DNA of 64,000 bases from NCBI GenBank assembly GCA_047495785.1, contig JBLDXI010000042.1, positions 2,108,001 through 2,172,000 on the forward strand. The letters run 5' to 3'. This document shows positions 43,211-55,022 of the stretch, piece after piece. Both the position numbers and the translations under genes were made by a program. Every line of letters starts with the position of its first letter. Position 1 is the first letter of the stretch. Source of the DNA: Lepidodermella squamata. Its lineage: Eukaryota; Animalia; Gastrotricha. The notes below the pieces were generated by a model. The model worked only from the letters and a program-made list of their open reading frames with translations, searched no databases and had not been told where the DNA came from.

Positions 43211-45604
43211 ATGAATTTCGTTATCATCTTACTTCTTCTTGTGATCGACTTCGTGACGTCTCAACCTGAAGCCGCATCATCTTGTGGTAGTCCTAATTTC
43301 AAATCGACTTTCTCTATTGCACAGCTTTCTGATGTGTCAAATAATTACGATCGTTACACTGATGAATTCATGAGTAACACTCAAAATACTGGGGCAGTAC
43401 GGATCCTATCGGAAAATAACAACACGGAAGGAGCTCTGTGGTCAAAATCCGTAAGTTTATTATTCCAGACTATAATAATTTGATCTTACGAAATTATAAC
43501 AGTGGTTTGCGTTTAACGATTTCTACGTTGAAATTACTGTGAAAATGGGTCCGCTAGTTGGCAGCCAATCAGCTATAGGATCAGGGCAAGCCCCCCGAGG
43601 CTGGGCTTTCATTATCGCCAACGAAAGGGGCATAATACGGCCATCAAATTCGTTTCTCAGTGTTACACCCGGTCTAGAATACGGAATTGATCGATCTAGT
43701 CACTCTGGCTTCACGGTTTTTGTCGCGCCCTGGTGGAATGGAATAATCTCTCAGTATCAGAATACTCCAGATCCTGACAAATGGTACTCGACTTGTTACG
43801 TAAATCCAACGAATTGCTATGCTATCACTGGAACTGGGCTGGCGCGAAATTTCATGTATAACGTGACAGCGACGTGGAAAATTCGTGTCAGTCAATCAAC
43901 ACTGCTTTATGTCGACGTTTGCCTGGCTAATTCTACGACAGTTTGCAACAGAACCCTTCAGAATGTCCCCCTTAGTGGCACGATAATGGACATTTTCGGC
44001 TCAGGAGAGGCCCACATGGGTCTGATTGCGTACAACACCGGCGAGGTAACGTCGTACTTGGATGTCTTCTCGATCTTATTTTGGCAATGCTCATCTGGCT
44101 ATTCTACGACGAATTTCGACTCGAGCACGGCTCCCGAGTTAGCATACACCACCACAGCAAAAATTGTGATGGGTGACGTGAATGAAGATGAAAAAAGTCA
44201 AGGCGAGACAGGAACATCAGGCGTTATAGGTAGGCATTTTTATACATACCTTAGACAAAGAAGCCGAATGATATCGCTTTAATCACCTCACTACAGACAT
44301 ACCTTAGACACAATCAGTAATTTAAGTTTCGAATTGTTTCCATTTCCAACTCTCAATTTTGTCTAAGGTATGCATATTAGTCGTTTCTCTTTGTTTCAGA
44401 TGATAGAGAAGTTGAGAAAGTAATCGATTCCTGGAAAGAGACTCCATATCAAGAACTTCAAGAGAAAATTCTCAATATTGGCGGAAATCCGAGTGTTGAA
44501 CTGCCAATATCGAACATCACAGCGAAAGACCTAGTTAAAATCTGCAACGATTTCACGCCCCAAAGAACCGCTCCCCCTCCCCCAGCGCAATCAGACCGGC
44601 TCCTGATCCGCCCTGCTTTCGCCGTTGAGCGATTGATCGATATTGACACGGTCGAAGAAACTATATCCGTTGTTGGTGAGCTGCTCCTCACTTGGTCTGT
44701 CACAACTTGCCCAGCTGATAGCGTCGATGTCTTCACCAGCCGACCCCTGGAACAGGTCTACGTCGCTAATACTAACGAAATCTGGACGCCGGCTTTTCGA
44801 TTTGTTAGTAACGCCTATGCTAATGGCTACATGCAACAAAACCCTGATTTCGGCGACGATTTTGTAGCTATCACCAGTAAATCGAGCCAATCGCCAAATC
44901 GAACTGTTGATTTCTATTGGCTGAAAGATGGGAGGTTCACAGCCTACTGCGATCTATCGCTCGCTGATTTCCCTTTCGACCAACAAACGTGCTCATTCGT
45001 ATTTTCGTTAAATCGAGCCTTGAATTTGCTTAAGTTTGACAACCCTTTCATGATATGGGGTGAGCAAGACTCGTCAAATAGATGGGTGTATCTCGGTCAT
45101 TCTTCGAAGCTATCCACTTTATTCTACAAGGGCAGAGAGACTAGTACTGTTTTCTTCACGGTCACGGTTCGGAGGAATCCAAGCTATTATGTTTCCAACT
45201 TAGTGGTACCCTGTGCGCTATTGTTCGCCGTGGAAATCGGGTCTTTCCTCATGCCACCTGGTTTACCTGACCGATCTGCCTTCTCAATGGCTGTAATGCT
45301 GGCAATGGTCCTAGCGCAATCAAGCGTGGCGAGCAATGTCCCGAAAACAGCACAGAATATCTTCATGGCCGATTACGTCTCATCGCTTTCGTGGCTTTGT
45401 GCCGCCTGTACGTTGTATCAACTTGCTGCTTTATGCTACGAAAGTGTTGTAGAGCAGCTTGTGGCGCAATTCTACGATAGCAGATATCGGCTGATCCTTT
45501 TTGGAAAAATTTCAATGATTCGACTGTTGGATATTGTAACTACTGCGCTTTGCATTTTCGCATTCGTGGCTCTCCATGGTTACATGGCTCACCTCAGCAG
45601 TTGA
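43211..45604 (+). CDS. L-type lectin-like domain fused to Cys-loop ligand-gated ion channel subunit, gene 1, ~723 aa (exons 43211-43450, 43503-44229, 44400-45604)
   Basis: Signal peptide; lectin-like AVRILSE...GALWSKS|WFAFNDFYVEITVKMG...GWAFIIAN; channel IWTP, CDLSLADFPFDQQTC, VRRNPSYY, four TMs. Phase-compatible GT-AG introns. Confidence 0.8.
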
Positions 45605-45921
45605 ACAAGAATGAACAAGACTCATATCTGTAATTGTCCTACTTTATTTTCCATTTCAGGTTTTTGAGATGAATTTTAATTCCAGGCTCTATCAATCGAA
45701 CTGCGTCATCAAATAGCTTTTATTGAATGAAGCGCTTGCTTAGAGCATTTCAAAACCACATCAATTATGCGAGTCCATTACCATTTCGGAAAAAGCTTCC
45801 AGCCTACGATTAATGAATTAAAAATAAGTCACAGAGGAGCAAAAAATCCGAAAAAAACAAAATTCGATCGAGTAATTGCCAGAATTTCTCGACTGAAATA
45901 AACCTCGTTACAGTTTCCAGG

Positions 45922-48272
45922 ATGAAACTTCTCGCGAGTCTATTTTGCCTCGGTTTCCTCTGGAAATCATCAGAGCAACTGACATACGTACAGCAACTAG
46001 CTTGTTCGACGGGTTATTTAAGGGAGGACATTTCCTATCTAAAATCTAGCGATTTGAAGAACTTCTGGGACGTCTACGTCGATCAATCTTTGATAACGAA
46101 AGGCTCTACAAGCTCTCAAAATGCAGGAGCCGTTCGACTTCTATCGGAATCCAACGATGTCGAGGGCAGTATGTGGGCGAGATCTGTAAGCTTTTCAGTA
46201 GTATCCAGCTTAATTAAACTTTAAATTCACCCAGCCTTCGTACATGGAAGATTTCTACGCTGAAATTACAGTGAAAATGGGTCCATTAGTTGCTGCAGAT
46301 GAAAAATCGCTGTCCGATGGCAAAACCACTCGAGGCTGGGCTTTTTTGATAGCTAATGAAAATTCGATCGAACGACCGACTTCAGGCTACTCAAGCGTGA
46401 CGAAGGGAAATGAATATGGGGTATTGAGAGACGTCTACAAAGGTATGGGTTAATTTTCGTAGAAATTTCCGTTGAAGTCATTTGCTGATAGGTTTCACTC
46501 TAATGGTCTCACCGAGCCAAAACGGAATTTTCGCAAATATGTTCACGAAGCCGGATGGTACTCTATGGTATTCTGATTGTTCCGCCAATGCTGATCGTTG
46601 TATTCGAGTAACTCAATATTTTTTGAATACCTATATGGCAAATGTGAAGGCGACCTGGAAAATTCGCGTGACTGGCTCGTCGGTTGTCGGCCTTGAAGTT
46701 TGCGTCTACAACACAACGACATGCGCACGAGTGTTTGATAATGTCCTACTTCAGGGTACAATGAGTTCGCTATCGATAACTGATAACCTCAAGCTAGGAA
46801 TCGCCGCGTTGAATGAAGGAGAAGTTCAATCGTACTTTGAAGTCTACTCGATTGCTGTATGGGATTGCCTTAAGGTTCAGAAGGTGGTAAGCCCAATTGC
46901 CTATAACTATTCGGGGGAAACTGCGGAAATGAGCGGTAAGGTCTGAGTTATTTAAAACTATCCCTCACACCAAGTCTTGCTTTTATTAGGAAGCTTAAAC
47001 AATATCATTGCGAATACCAAGTCGTCCCAGCAGCTCCAAGGCCTTTTCAGCCCTAGTGTGACAGTGACAGTTCCTGATAAATCTGGCAGCTCTTTCTACG
47101 GAGCTCCTCGATCTTCAACTGCAGCTAAATCTGACGTTTATGAGATGCCAATTTCCGTCGAGAACGCCCAAACAATCGTAGCAATGTGCCAAGACTTTTC
47201 CTTTGATCGTGCCGCCCCGCCCCCTGCGGTACCGGGCGCTCCTTTTCTAATTCGACCAGCGTTTTCTGTTGAGAAGCTGCTGGAAATCGATACCGTCCAA
47301 GAAACGATTTCTGTTGTTGGCCAGCTGCTTTTGAAGTGGACTGTCACAACATGCCAGGTCCCAAGTTCGGAATGGCCGTACGCCAAGCCGACCGAGCAAA
47401 TCTACGTTTCCAGCTCTCGCGATTTCTGGACGCCGAATTTCCGCTTCATAGGCAGCGATCAGGGCAATACCTACATGCATCTGAGTACAGCCTACGGCGA
47501 AGATTTGATGCTGACCTCAACTAAGGTTGCCAATTCGCCAAATCGAACCCTCGACTTCTATTGGCTTAAGGACGGGAAGTATACGGCTAGCTGCGATTTG
47601 ACGCTACACGACTTCCCGTTTGATGAGCAAACCTGCGCGTTCATCTTCTCGCTAAGTCGAGCCGTATCGCTGATAAGTTTCTACGATCCTGTCTTCATCT
47701 GGAACGATAGAGGCGATAGCAGCCATTGGATTTTTGTAAATACGTCATCTACCGTTTCCACCTTACTCTATAGGGGTAAGCAGAGTAGCACTGTGTATTT
47801 TGCCGTCACAGTTCGCAGGAACCCAACGTATTTCATCATGAACATCATCATGCCTAACGCCATTTTGTTCCTTGTTGAAATGAACTCGTTTTTCATGCCG
47901 CCGAACGTACCGGATAGGCCTGCGTTTTCAATGGCCGTTATGCTAGCTATGGCAGTTGGCCAGACAAACGTCGCGAATAACGTTCCTAAGTCACCTCAAC
48001 GCATTTTCCTGGCTGAGTATGTCACGTGCCTATCGTGGCTTTCTGCAGCTTGTACCCTTTACCAGCTGGTCACGTTGTGCCACGAGCATGTGCTACAACG
48101 CTTCGATTTTGGCTTGCCTTCGTTTCAACTAAGGGGTGCCAATGGATGTGTGCGGTTTTTGAACAATATTGGCATTGTTAGGGCGCTTGACATCATATGC
48201 GGCAGCCTCTGCCTCTATGTCTTCATAGCCCTTCACGCTTACATTGGCGATATGGCCAACTGGACGATGTAA
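45922..48272 (+). CDS. L-type lectin-like domain fused to Cys-loop ligand-gated ion channel subunit, gene 2, ~732 aa (exons 45922-46185, 46235-46442, 46492-46935, 46990-48272)
   Basis: Same architecture as gene 1; introns of 49, 49 and 54 bp are all in frame; CDLTLHDFPFDEQTC, VRRNPTYF, PDRPAFSMAVMLAM. Confidence 0.85.
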
Positions 48273-48912
48273 AGCGTGAAATATAGGGCTAAAACCCCGA
48301 AAACTGACTCAATGTTGTGAAAATGACAACGAACAATTGTGATGGAAAAGCTGGGCTTATATTTGAATTCAATTGAATATAATAAAATATTTTGTTGTGG
48401 TATCAGTTTAGGATGATTCATTTTTCACTTCATCACTTTGTACTATTGATTTTCAAAGCCTTACTTTGTGCTTTTTCGATACCGCACTTAATGCCTCGAT
48501 TTGGAACATTGCGACATGCAAATTCCCAGATCCCCATTTAAGAATTAATTATTAATATAAAAATGTACCTTAAATAAAAAATTGCCCGTTTGCCATGTAA
48601 TTCAATTACGCGAAATGGCAAACATTTGATACGGCTCATCCTGAAAACAAGAAAGAAAGAGAAACATAAATTCTACACATTTCTCACGTATATTGAATTA
48701 ATACCTTTCAGTTTGTTCGGGTTTGTAATAAAACTGTCGTGAATTCAAGTTCCGCAACGCTGAGCAAACATGAATCACATAGCATTGGCTGCCAATACGA
48801 CCCACGCTTCACCGGATATTGCAGGCTAACAAAACGATTGGCAAACAATTACTCATATAAGCCCCATCCTAAAACCTAGCGACTATTCAGTAGCAGTTTC
48901 AGTAGACCAAAA

Positions 48913-49368
48913 ATGATAGCAGCTATCGGGATTTTGTTATTTTCTATTGGAACTTCGAATGCATTGCCAGTTAGTGGGAAAGCCGACTACTGCGCTTCTG
49001 ACGTGGACGGCGGTCGATGTAGCAGTACTATCCATTCATCAAACGGCCACTGCACGTTGAAGGTTCAGCTCGATCTTAACATGGTGCTATTCAATAAGCA
49101 AGGAACAGCCTTGTGGAGCTCAAATAGCCGCCAATCGCTGTACAATCGACATCAATTGATGCTGAAAGGCGATGGCGAACTGGTTCTCTACAAATCGTGC
49201 CGGCCAAACAAGCGCCGGTGTAGGCAGCCTGTTTGGAATTCTGGTTCCGGTGGTCTTGGACAGGGGCCGTACAAAATGAAGCTACTGAACGATTGCAATC
49301 TGGTGATCTACGACAAGAACAGCAAACCTGTTTGGGCAACTGACACTCATGACGCTTTTTCATACTGA
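48913..49368 (+). CDS. Secreted bulb-type (GNA-like) lectin domain protein
   Basis: Signal peptide; three degenerate QxDxNxVxY-type repeats (QLDLNMVLF, KGDGELVLY, LNDCNLVIY), each followed by LWSS/VWNS/VWAT. Confidence 0.85.
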   Translation: MIAAIGILLFSIGTSNALPVSGKADYCASDVDGGRCSSTIHSSNGHCTLKVQLDLNMVLFNKQGTALWSSNSRQSLYNRHQLMLKGDGELVLYKSCRPNKRRCRQPVWNSGSGGLGQGPYKMKLLNDCNLVIYDKNSKPVWATDTHDAFSY

Positions 49369-49687
49369 TTCTATGCAATATTTCCGTGTAATGCGCTAGT
49401 AAGGCTTATAACGCTAAACCCGGACATTTTTTACTAATACATATCAGTTTAAATTTCGAAAGTTACAAATAAATCATTGAACGCATCAATCTTAAACTTT
49501 TGATTCGGTTTGGATTGCATATGACTCGAAAAAGAATCAGTGAATTTACGCGGATTGGAGATTCAGTATTCCCAGGTGAAAATTGAATTTTACATGCATT
49601 TGTTGATGGGTCGGCATCGATAAAAATCGATCGCTGAGCTCTTAACCACTGGCTAAATTGTTGGCTTCGCAGTCAAAATCTCGGAAA

Positions 49688-51313
49688 ATGGCATGCATAA
49701 CTAAAGTACTGTTGTCCTTTGTCGCAATATACTTTTTACTACGCCACATAACAATATACGTAAAATATGCTGAAAAGCGAATTTACGGCCAACTGCACCG
49801 TTTCGAGGTATCATCAAGGCTGTTGAGGGCAGCTGGTCTCCACGTGAATTCGAAATCTGCAAATTTCGATCCTGGCGATGAAGCTGCTTTCTTCTATGAT
49901 GCAGTCAGGAAGATTCAACCTGAGGAAGTCTATAACGGCCTTATCGATGCTTGGGAAGCTTATAACACAACTAATTCCGCTAGTTTTCCAAACACAATCG
50001 AACTTAGCAAGATTTTGTTCCACCTTCAAGAAGTGACGTACAACAATTTTGATCGCAACGAAGCGCTGGAAATATGTCTAATCGCGCTGCAAGTAAACCC
50101 GAACGAATATCGCGAGAGATTGCTTCGAAGAGTAATTGAAATAGATGCAGATATTGCTATCGAGAATTCCGGCCGTTTTGAAGAGCCGTTCGAAAATCAC
50201 AAAATACCTGTTGATTTTCAACCTGGAGATGAGTCGTTACTGCTCGAAATTTCAATAATTTTCGAAAAGATGGGACATACCACATATGCGTACAAGCTAA
50301 TCAAAGCTGCTTACGAGCTGCTTGATGGAGATGCTAGTTCGAAAATCTCGATTTTAGAGAAGTTCTCAGCCTTGGCTACTCTTATCAACACGACAGAGGC
50401 TGTCCAGGCAGCAAAGCTTGGTTTGACGCTGGAAGGTCTTACTTCTGAGCAGAGAAAATGGTTTGAGAATATTGTTGAAAGCTATTCGACCCCTCAACAC
50501 GTAAGCCTTGAGAAATCATCGAGAAATTCACTTATTTGCGATTTTCAGGCTGAAAAAACAAGCGAGGCAGCTCAACAAATAGCCTTGGATTCAATATACG
50601 AGCTTTGCAGAAAGGTCCCTAATGAAAACTCCGAAAAACTGAGCTGTGTACTTGAAAATCGAAATTTCAACCCTCTCCTTGTCTTGTCGCCAGTCAAGAA
50701 AGAAATGTTGAGCTACGACCCTATGATTATGCTTGTTCACGATTTGATTGGTCAAACAGATATCCAACACATCACATCAATGGCTGAACCTTCTTTCGAA
50801 GCGGCGAAGACGTTATCGCCCTTCAAAGAGGGAATGATCAACTCAGAAATTCGACAGTCTGACATAGCTTGGCTCAATTCTTCATTCTTTCCGAATTTAG
50901 CAAGGAGAATTAAGGCGATTTTCGATTTGGAAGCTCAAGATGAAGACTCGAGTGAGCCTTTTCAAGTTAGCAAGTACGGCATTGGAGGTCACTACAAGCC
51001 TCATTACGACTTCATCCATCCTCATCCTACTGGGAAATTCGGTGACAGACTTGCTACCTTGCTGATCTACCTCAATGCCGTTGAGCAAGGCGGATCGACC
51101 ATTTTCAGTCAGCTGAATCTACGAGTTGAGCCCGAGATGGGTGCTGGGCTGTTTTGGTACAACGTCCTGCCGCATGAAACAGTTGATCGCCGAACGCTGC
51201 ATGGCGCGTGTCCTGTCATTCGGGGCGAGAAATGGGTCGTAAATAAATGGTTCCGATTCCGTGGCCAATGGCGCCACAAACTGTGTTCTAAGACCGCAGA
51301 TAATTGGCTATAA
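49688..51313 (+). CDS. Prolyl 4-hydroxylase alpha subunit-like, intronless
   Basis: 2OG-Fe(II) motifs YGIGGHYKPHYD, RLATLLIYLNAVEQGGSTIF, TLHGACPVIRGEKWVVNKW; N-terminal hydrophobic anchor. Confidence 0.9.
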   Translation: MACITKVLLSFVAIYFLLRHITIYVKYAEKRIYGQLHRFEVSSRLLRAAGLHVNSKSANFDPGDEAAFFYDAVRKIQPEEVYNGLIDAWEAYNTTNSASFPNTIELSKILFHLQEVTYNNFDRNEALEICLIALQVNPNEYRERLLRRVIEIDADIAIENSGRFEEPFENHKIPVDFQPGDESLLLEISIIFEKMGHTTYAYKLIKAAYELLDGDASSKISILEKFSALATLINTTEAVQAAKLGLTLEGLTSEQRKWFENIVESYSTPQHVSLEKSSRNSLICDFQAEKTSEAAQQIALDSIYELCRKVPNENSEKLSCVLENRNFNPLLVLSPVKKEMLSYDPMIMLVHDLIGQTDIQHITSMAEPSFEAAKTLSPFKEGMINSEIRQSDIAWLNSSFFPNLARRIKAIFDLEAQDEDSSEPFQVSKYGIGGHYKPHYDFIHPHPTGKFGDRLATLLIYLNAVEQGGSTIFSQLNLRVEPEMGAGLFWYNVLPHETVDRRTLHGACPVIRGEKWVVNKWFRFRGQWRHKLCSKTADNWL

Positions 51314-52163
51314 TAAATTATCATGTTGAGTTGATAAAGAAAAAAATCTCGAAATTTGGCTGAGACGCGATGCAGTTATCTCTTTTTGTATCATCACTCA
51401 ATAAAGAAATTATCTAATTCAGCAGCAGAAAACGTAGAAAGGACGAATCAGTTGTTCAGCCAGCTCTGAAAATCTATGCTTATTTGCCTGTTTACATCAT
51501 AGTACTTGTGAATTCCACGCGTTGTGTTTTTTGAGGTAATTTCGGCCACGAATTTTCATACCAACTGGAATCCTACTTGGATTTGCCGAGTTTTCTTGCC
51601 TGGACCTCTCGTACGATACCTCCCATTTATCCCACTTCTTATACTATGCAAACTGGTTATGCGTGATGTCCGGGCTTTCCAGTTCTCAAATTCTCATCAT
51701 CAAAGTCTCCAAACGAATTGATTTCGTCAAAACCAAGGCACTTCCATTATTGCGCAGCATCTTAATTGCAAAATAAACGAGTTGTTTACTCCCATGCACC
51801 AGTATTCCTGAGGATATCGAACAAATGTTTTTTTTTTATTTCGAAATTATAGAAAGGCTCATTGGGCGTAACCGCTTGCACAGCTTGAAATGCGCGGGTT
51901 GCGAAGTGAACTCTCAAAATTAATTGTTCATCTTCAGCTGATACGTAACCCAATTGTTCCTAGTTTCCTAGTGATATTACGGTTTACATTTGATTGCTTC
52001 ATGCCTGGGATTTTCAAACATTTCAAACATCAAGTTCAAACATTGATTTTACCAGGACAAAAGTTCTCTCGCTTGTTCGAGGCGTTTTTTTAAAAGAAAA
52101 TAACGAGGCTTACATTAATCAATCTTCTCGAGAAAATCCTGCACATTTTGTTGAATTTTCGAG

Positions 52164-53806
52164 ATGCTGGCACGACTTATTGCCCTTTTAGCAGGCATAA
52201 CCGCTTGCACAGCCGAGAATTCAGAAACTTGCATCTGGAACGCCACTCACTCGAATATAGCGACATACCGCAGCAATACATACCGGAATCGTCAGAGTTT
52301 TTCGCCGGCCGTTGTCAACGTTTTTGACCTGGGAACAACTGTTTTTGTGACCTGCAACGACAGCTCAACTGCTAGTGCGACAAAATGTTTGGACAGTCGC
52401 TGGTGGACTAAAAGCATCAGCAGTTGCACAGACTTCAGTGAATTATTTAGTGTTAGACATTTTTATATAAAATTAGGACATTTTAGATTCCCTCCAAGAA
52501 ATGAGCAATCAAACATGCGATTGGCCAGTTGCACTAATAACCGGACATAAGTACAAAATCAGCGTCGACGACGAAGCAACCTGGACTGACGCTTCATCCT
52601 TGAAAGCTGTCGTAGGAAATGCGGTCGTTAAGGATTTCTGCGCGTGTGGAGCTTACATTCAATCGACCTGTCTCAACGGCAAATTTCTACCAGATCCTAC
52701 TAGTTTTGATTGTGGCGAACCCGCAGATACACCTCCCTCAAAGCTAACAGCTTACTGGCCGTTGACTAAGGATACAATGCTCAGAGCGAAGACTCCAGGC
52801 ACCACCAGTTTCGCCGCAATCAATGGAGCAGCTCTAACAACTGTTCCAGGGAAGTTAATAGAAACAGGGTATAACGTAGGTGGGTCAAATGGCGGATGGT
52901 TGAAAAATGTAGACAGCTTTCTACTGTGAAAGTTAGAATAATAAGTTACAATAAGTCATTGATAAACTTGCATGTGCATAGTCACCCTCTATCATTTAAC
53001 TTAAATCAAATAATTGGTGGGATATTACGAATTCCCATCAATTCACAGCTCTTATTCTCAACCGAACATGGTAGCGTAGTGGTTAGCGGTGATGCGCTAT
53101 CTCAGAAGATCCATAGTTCGAGCCCGACTCCATTGGGCTAGTTTTTTTATATTTTACTTTTTTTAAAGATTAACGATGACGACGAAATGACGGAATCACG
53201 AACTTGTTTCTATTAATAAGTTGGACTTTGATCCTGCATATCCGGACTATAATGTACACATACGTGCCAGCGATGAATATGAGTATTATCGGTGATGTCA
53301 TTGATATTCCGAATGTTAACATCACGATTTCATCCCAACCTTGGGATTCGAGCTTAGATCAACCTGGCTCGCGAAACTTCACCGCTTTGGCCGATTTCAT
53401 GCTGCCGGTGATTCGACAGCAAGCAGATAAGACATGTGAACTGTTGATTTGCGAGGTACTTATGGTGAACGTTACCGGTTTCCGCAAGGGCAGCATCATT
53501 GCCGACTACATTGTAGTTCTGAGGAGTTTGACGCAGCTAACGGAGAGTGAGATCGCGTTCAAAGTCGCCGTAGCAACTCAGAAGCTAAGGGAAATCGTTA
53601 ACGCGAAGCTGGTGAACGGGCTAGAGGCATCGCGATTGGGCGCAGTTCAAATCCGGAGAATCGACGGGCCATTACTTGATAGAAAAGCATCGGATAGTTC
53701 AACGAAACAACCTGTTGTTAAAGGCAGTTCAAAGAATCGTGCGAGCCTTTTCTCGGAATTGCAAAACTGGACAATTATCTGTCTAATCTCTCTTTCAGCG
53801 TTCTAA
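52164..53806 (+). pseudogene. Internally deleted paralog of the 56122-59188 gene (N-terminal exons plus SEA/GPI end retained)
   Basis: Homology stops after GGWLK (~52906) and resumes at YTYVPAMNMS (~53254); about 350 bp of unrelated DNA lies between; no in-frame splice found. Confidence 0.7.
53066..53148 (+). mobile_element. tRNA-derived SINE-like sequence
   Basis: A-box TAGCGTAGTGG, B-box GTTCGAGCC and a T-run terminator; does not fold as a full tRNA. Confidence 0.55.
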
Positions 53807-54923
53807 CTAATTTGAAGTACTAAGCTGAATAAAACTAATTCCTTCAGGAATTTTCCCACCTCGCAATGGTTACAATGATGGGACAAAGCCCTCGGTGATT
53901 CGAAGTGACGATTCGGTGACACAATAAAAATAACAGGGCTATGGATCGGCGGTTATTTATTTTTACATAGAACGACCCGAAAAATGGAAGCTTTCCCCTG
54001 CAATTGATCATTTATTACTAGCATTCCCTCTTCCTTTATGGATAAGGATAAAGACAAGTTGCTTGTCCACCAGGTTTTGTGAATGTCATGTCAGGCGATT
54101 GCGGCCCTATCTCAATCTTCTGAGTCTTCTGAAAATTGTATGTTGCGAAAAAGTGCTCTTGATCTTAATCTCAAAGAAACCTTTCTTTTAGTTCTGGAAC
54201 TTTTTTGGGGTTGTGCAAGAAACGTTGCAGGCCAAGCGTCTCGCGTGCAATTTCGAAATTTGTTGTCAAATGCCTTAGAAAAAATTATTCCGCAATTATG
54301 TCGCAAAATGCGTAGTTTTTTTCCTCAAGGCATTTAGTTGTTTGAACGGAATTTCTATTCTATATGAAGCTTGAAGCCCTAGAGAAAAAAATGACCAGAG
54401 TAAGCACTAAAACTAAAATTTTGATCTGCATTATTAAATCGAGTTCTCAAAACTCATATCTCCGTTTTTCAACAAAATTTTGCATGCGTATAGAACGCGA
54501 GCTCCTTTTTCATGTGGTATAAGATTTGAGGTGGGCAATTGCAGCTCAGTCTTCATCTCATCAAGATAAAGGAAACCAGGGTGCGAAGTACAGGGGTGCT
54601 GGGATGTCGCGACACCCCAGACTCCAACCAGAGGAAGACTGAAAAATCCACTGAAGACTGAAAAAAGTCAACTTTGAATAAAAATGAAGATATTAACAGT
54701 TTAGCTTGAGCGCTCACTCTGTTCATTTTTTCTCTATGCTTAGAGCTTACAAATGGATAATTAATAATGCCGGGTTGGGATCTCCGATCCTAATGCTTCC
54801 AGGGATGGAATATATCTATTCCGTTTTTTCCCAAAATAATTTTATTTTAATAATAATTTCACATAAAACAAAGCATTCACTACAACAGTACGCCAAAACA
54901 CCTCCTAAAATGAGAATAAAACT

Positions 54924-55022
54924 AGGGGCGAGCCGAAATTTCGGGTAACCGAATTCTCAAAGCTGAATTCGGTTCGGTTCGGTTCGGTTCGATTATCCCA
55001 AAAAAAACCGAATTTCAAACCC
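54924..55022. repeat. MITE-like remnant with TTCGG/CCGAA repeats
   Basis: TAGGGGCGAGCCGAAATTTCGG...(TTCGG)4...CCGAATTTCAAACCC. Confidence 0.45.

Noticed and set aside
44297-44367. Possible extra exon in lectin-channel gene 1
   Set aside because: AG/GT-bounded, but gives an immediate in-frame TAG; skipping it keeps the frame open.
53066-53148. Second tRNA gene
   Set aside because: Has A and B boxes but no proper acceptor or anticodon stems; treated as SINE-like.
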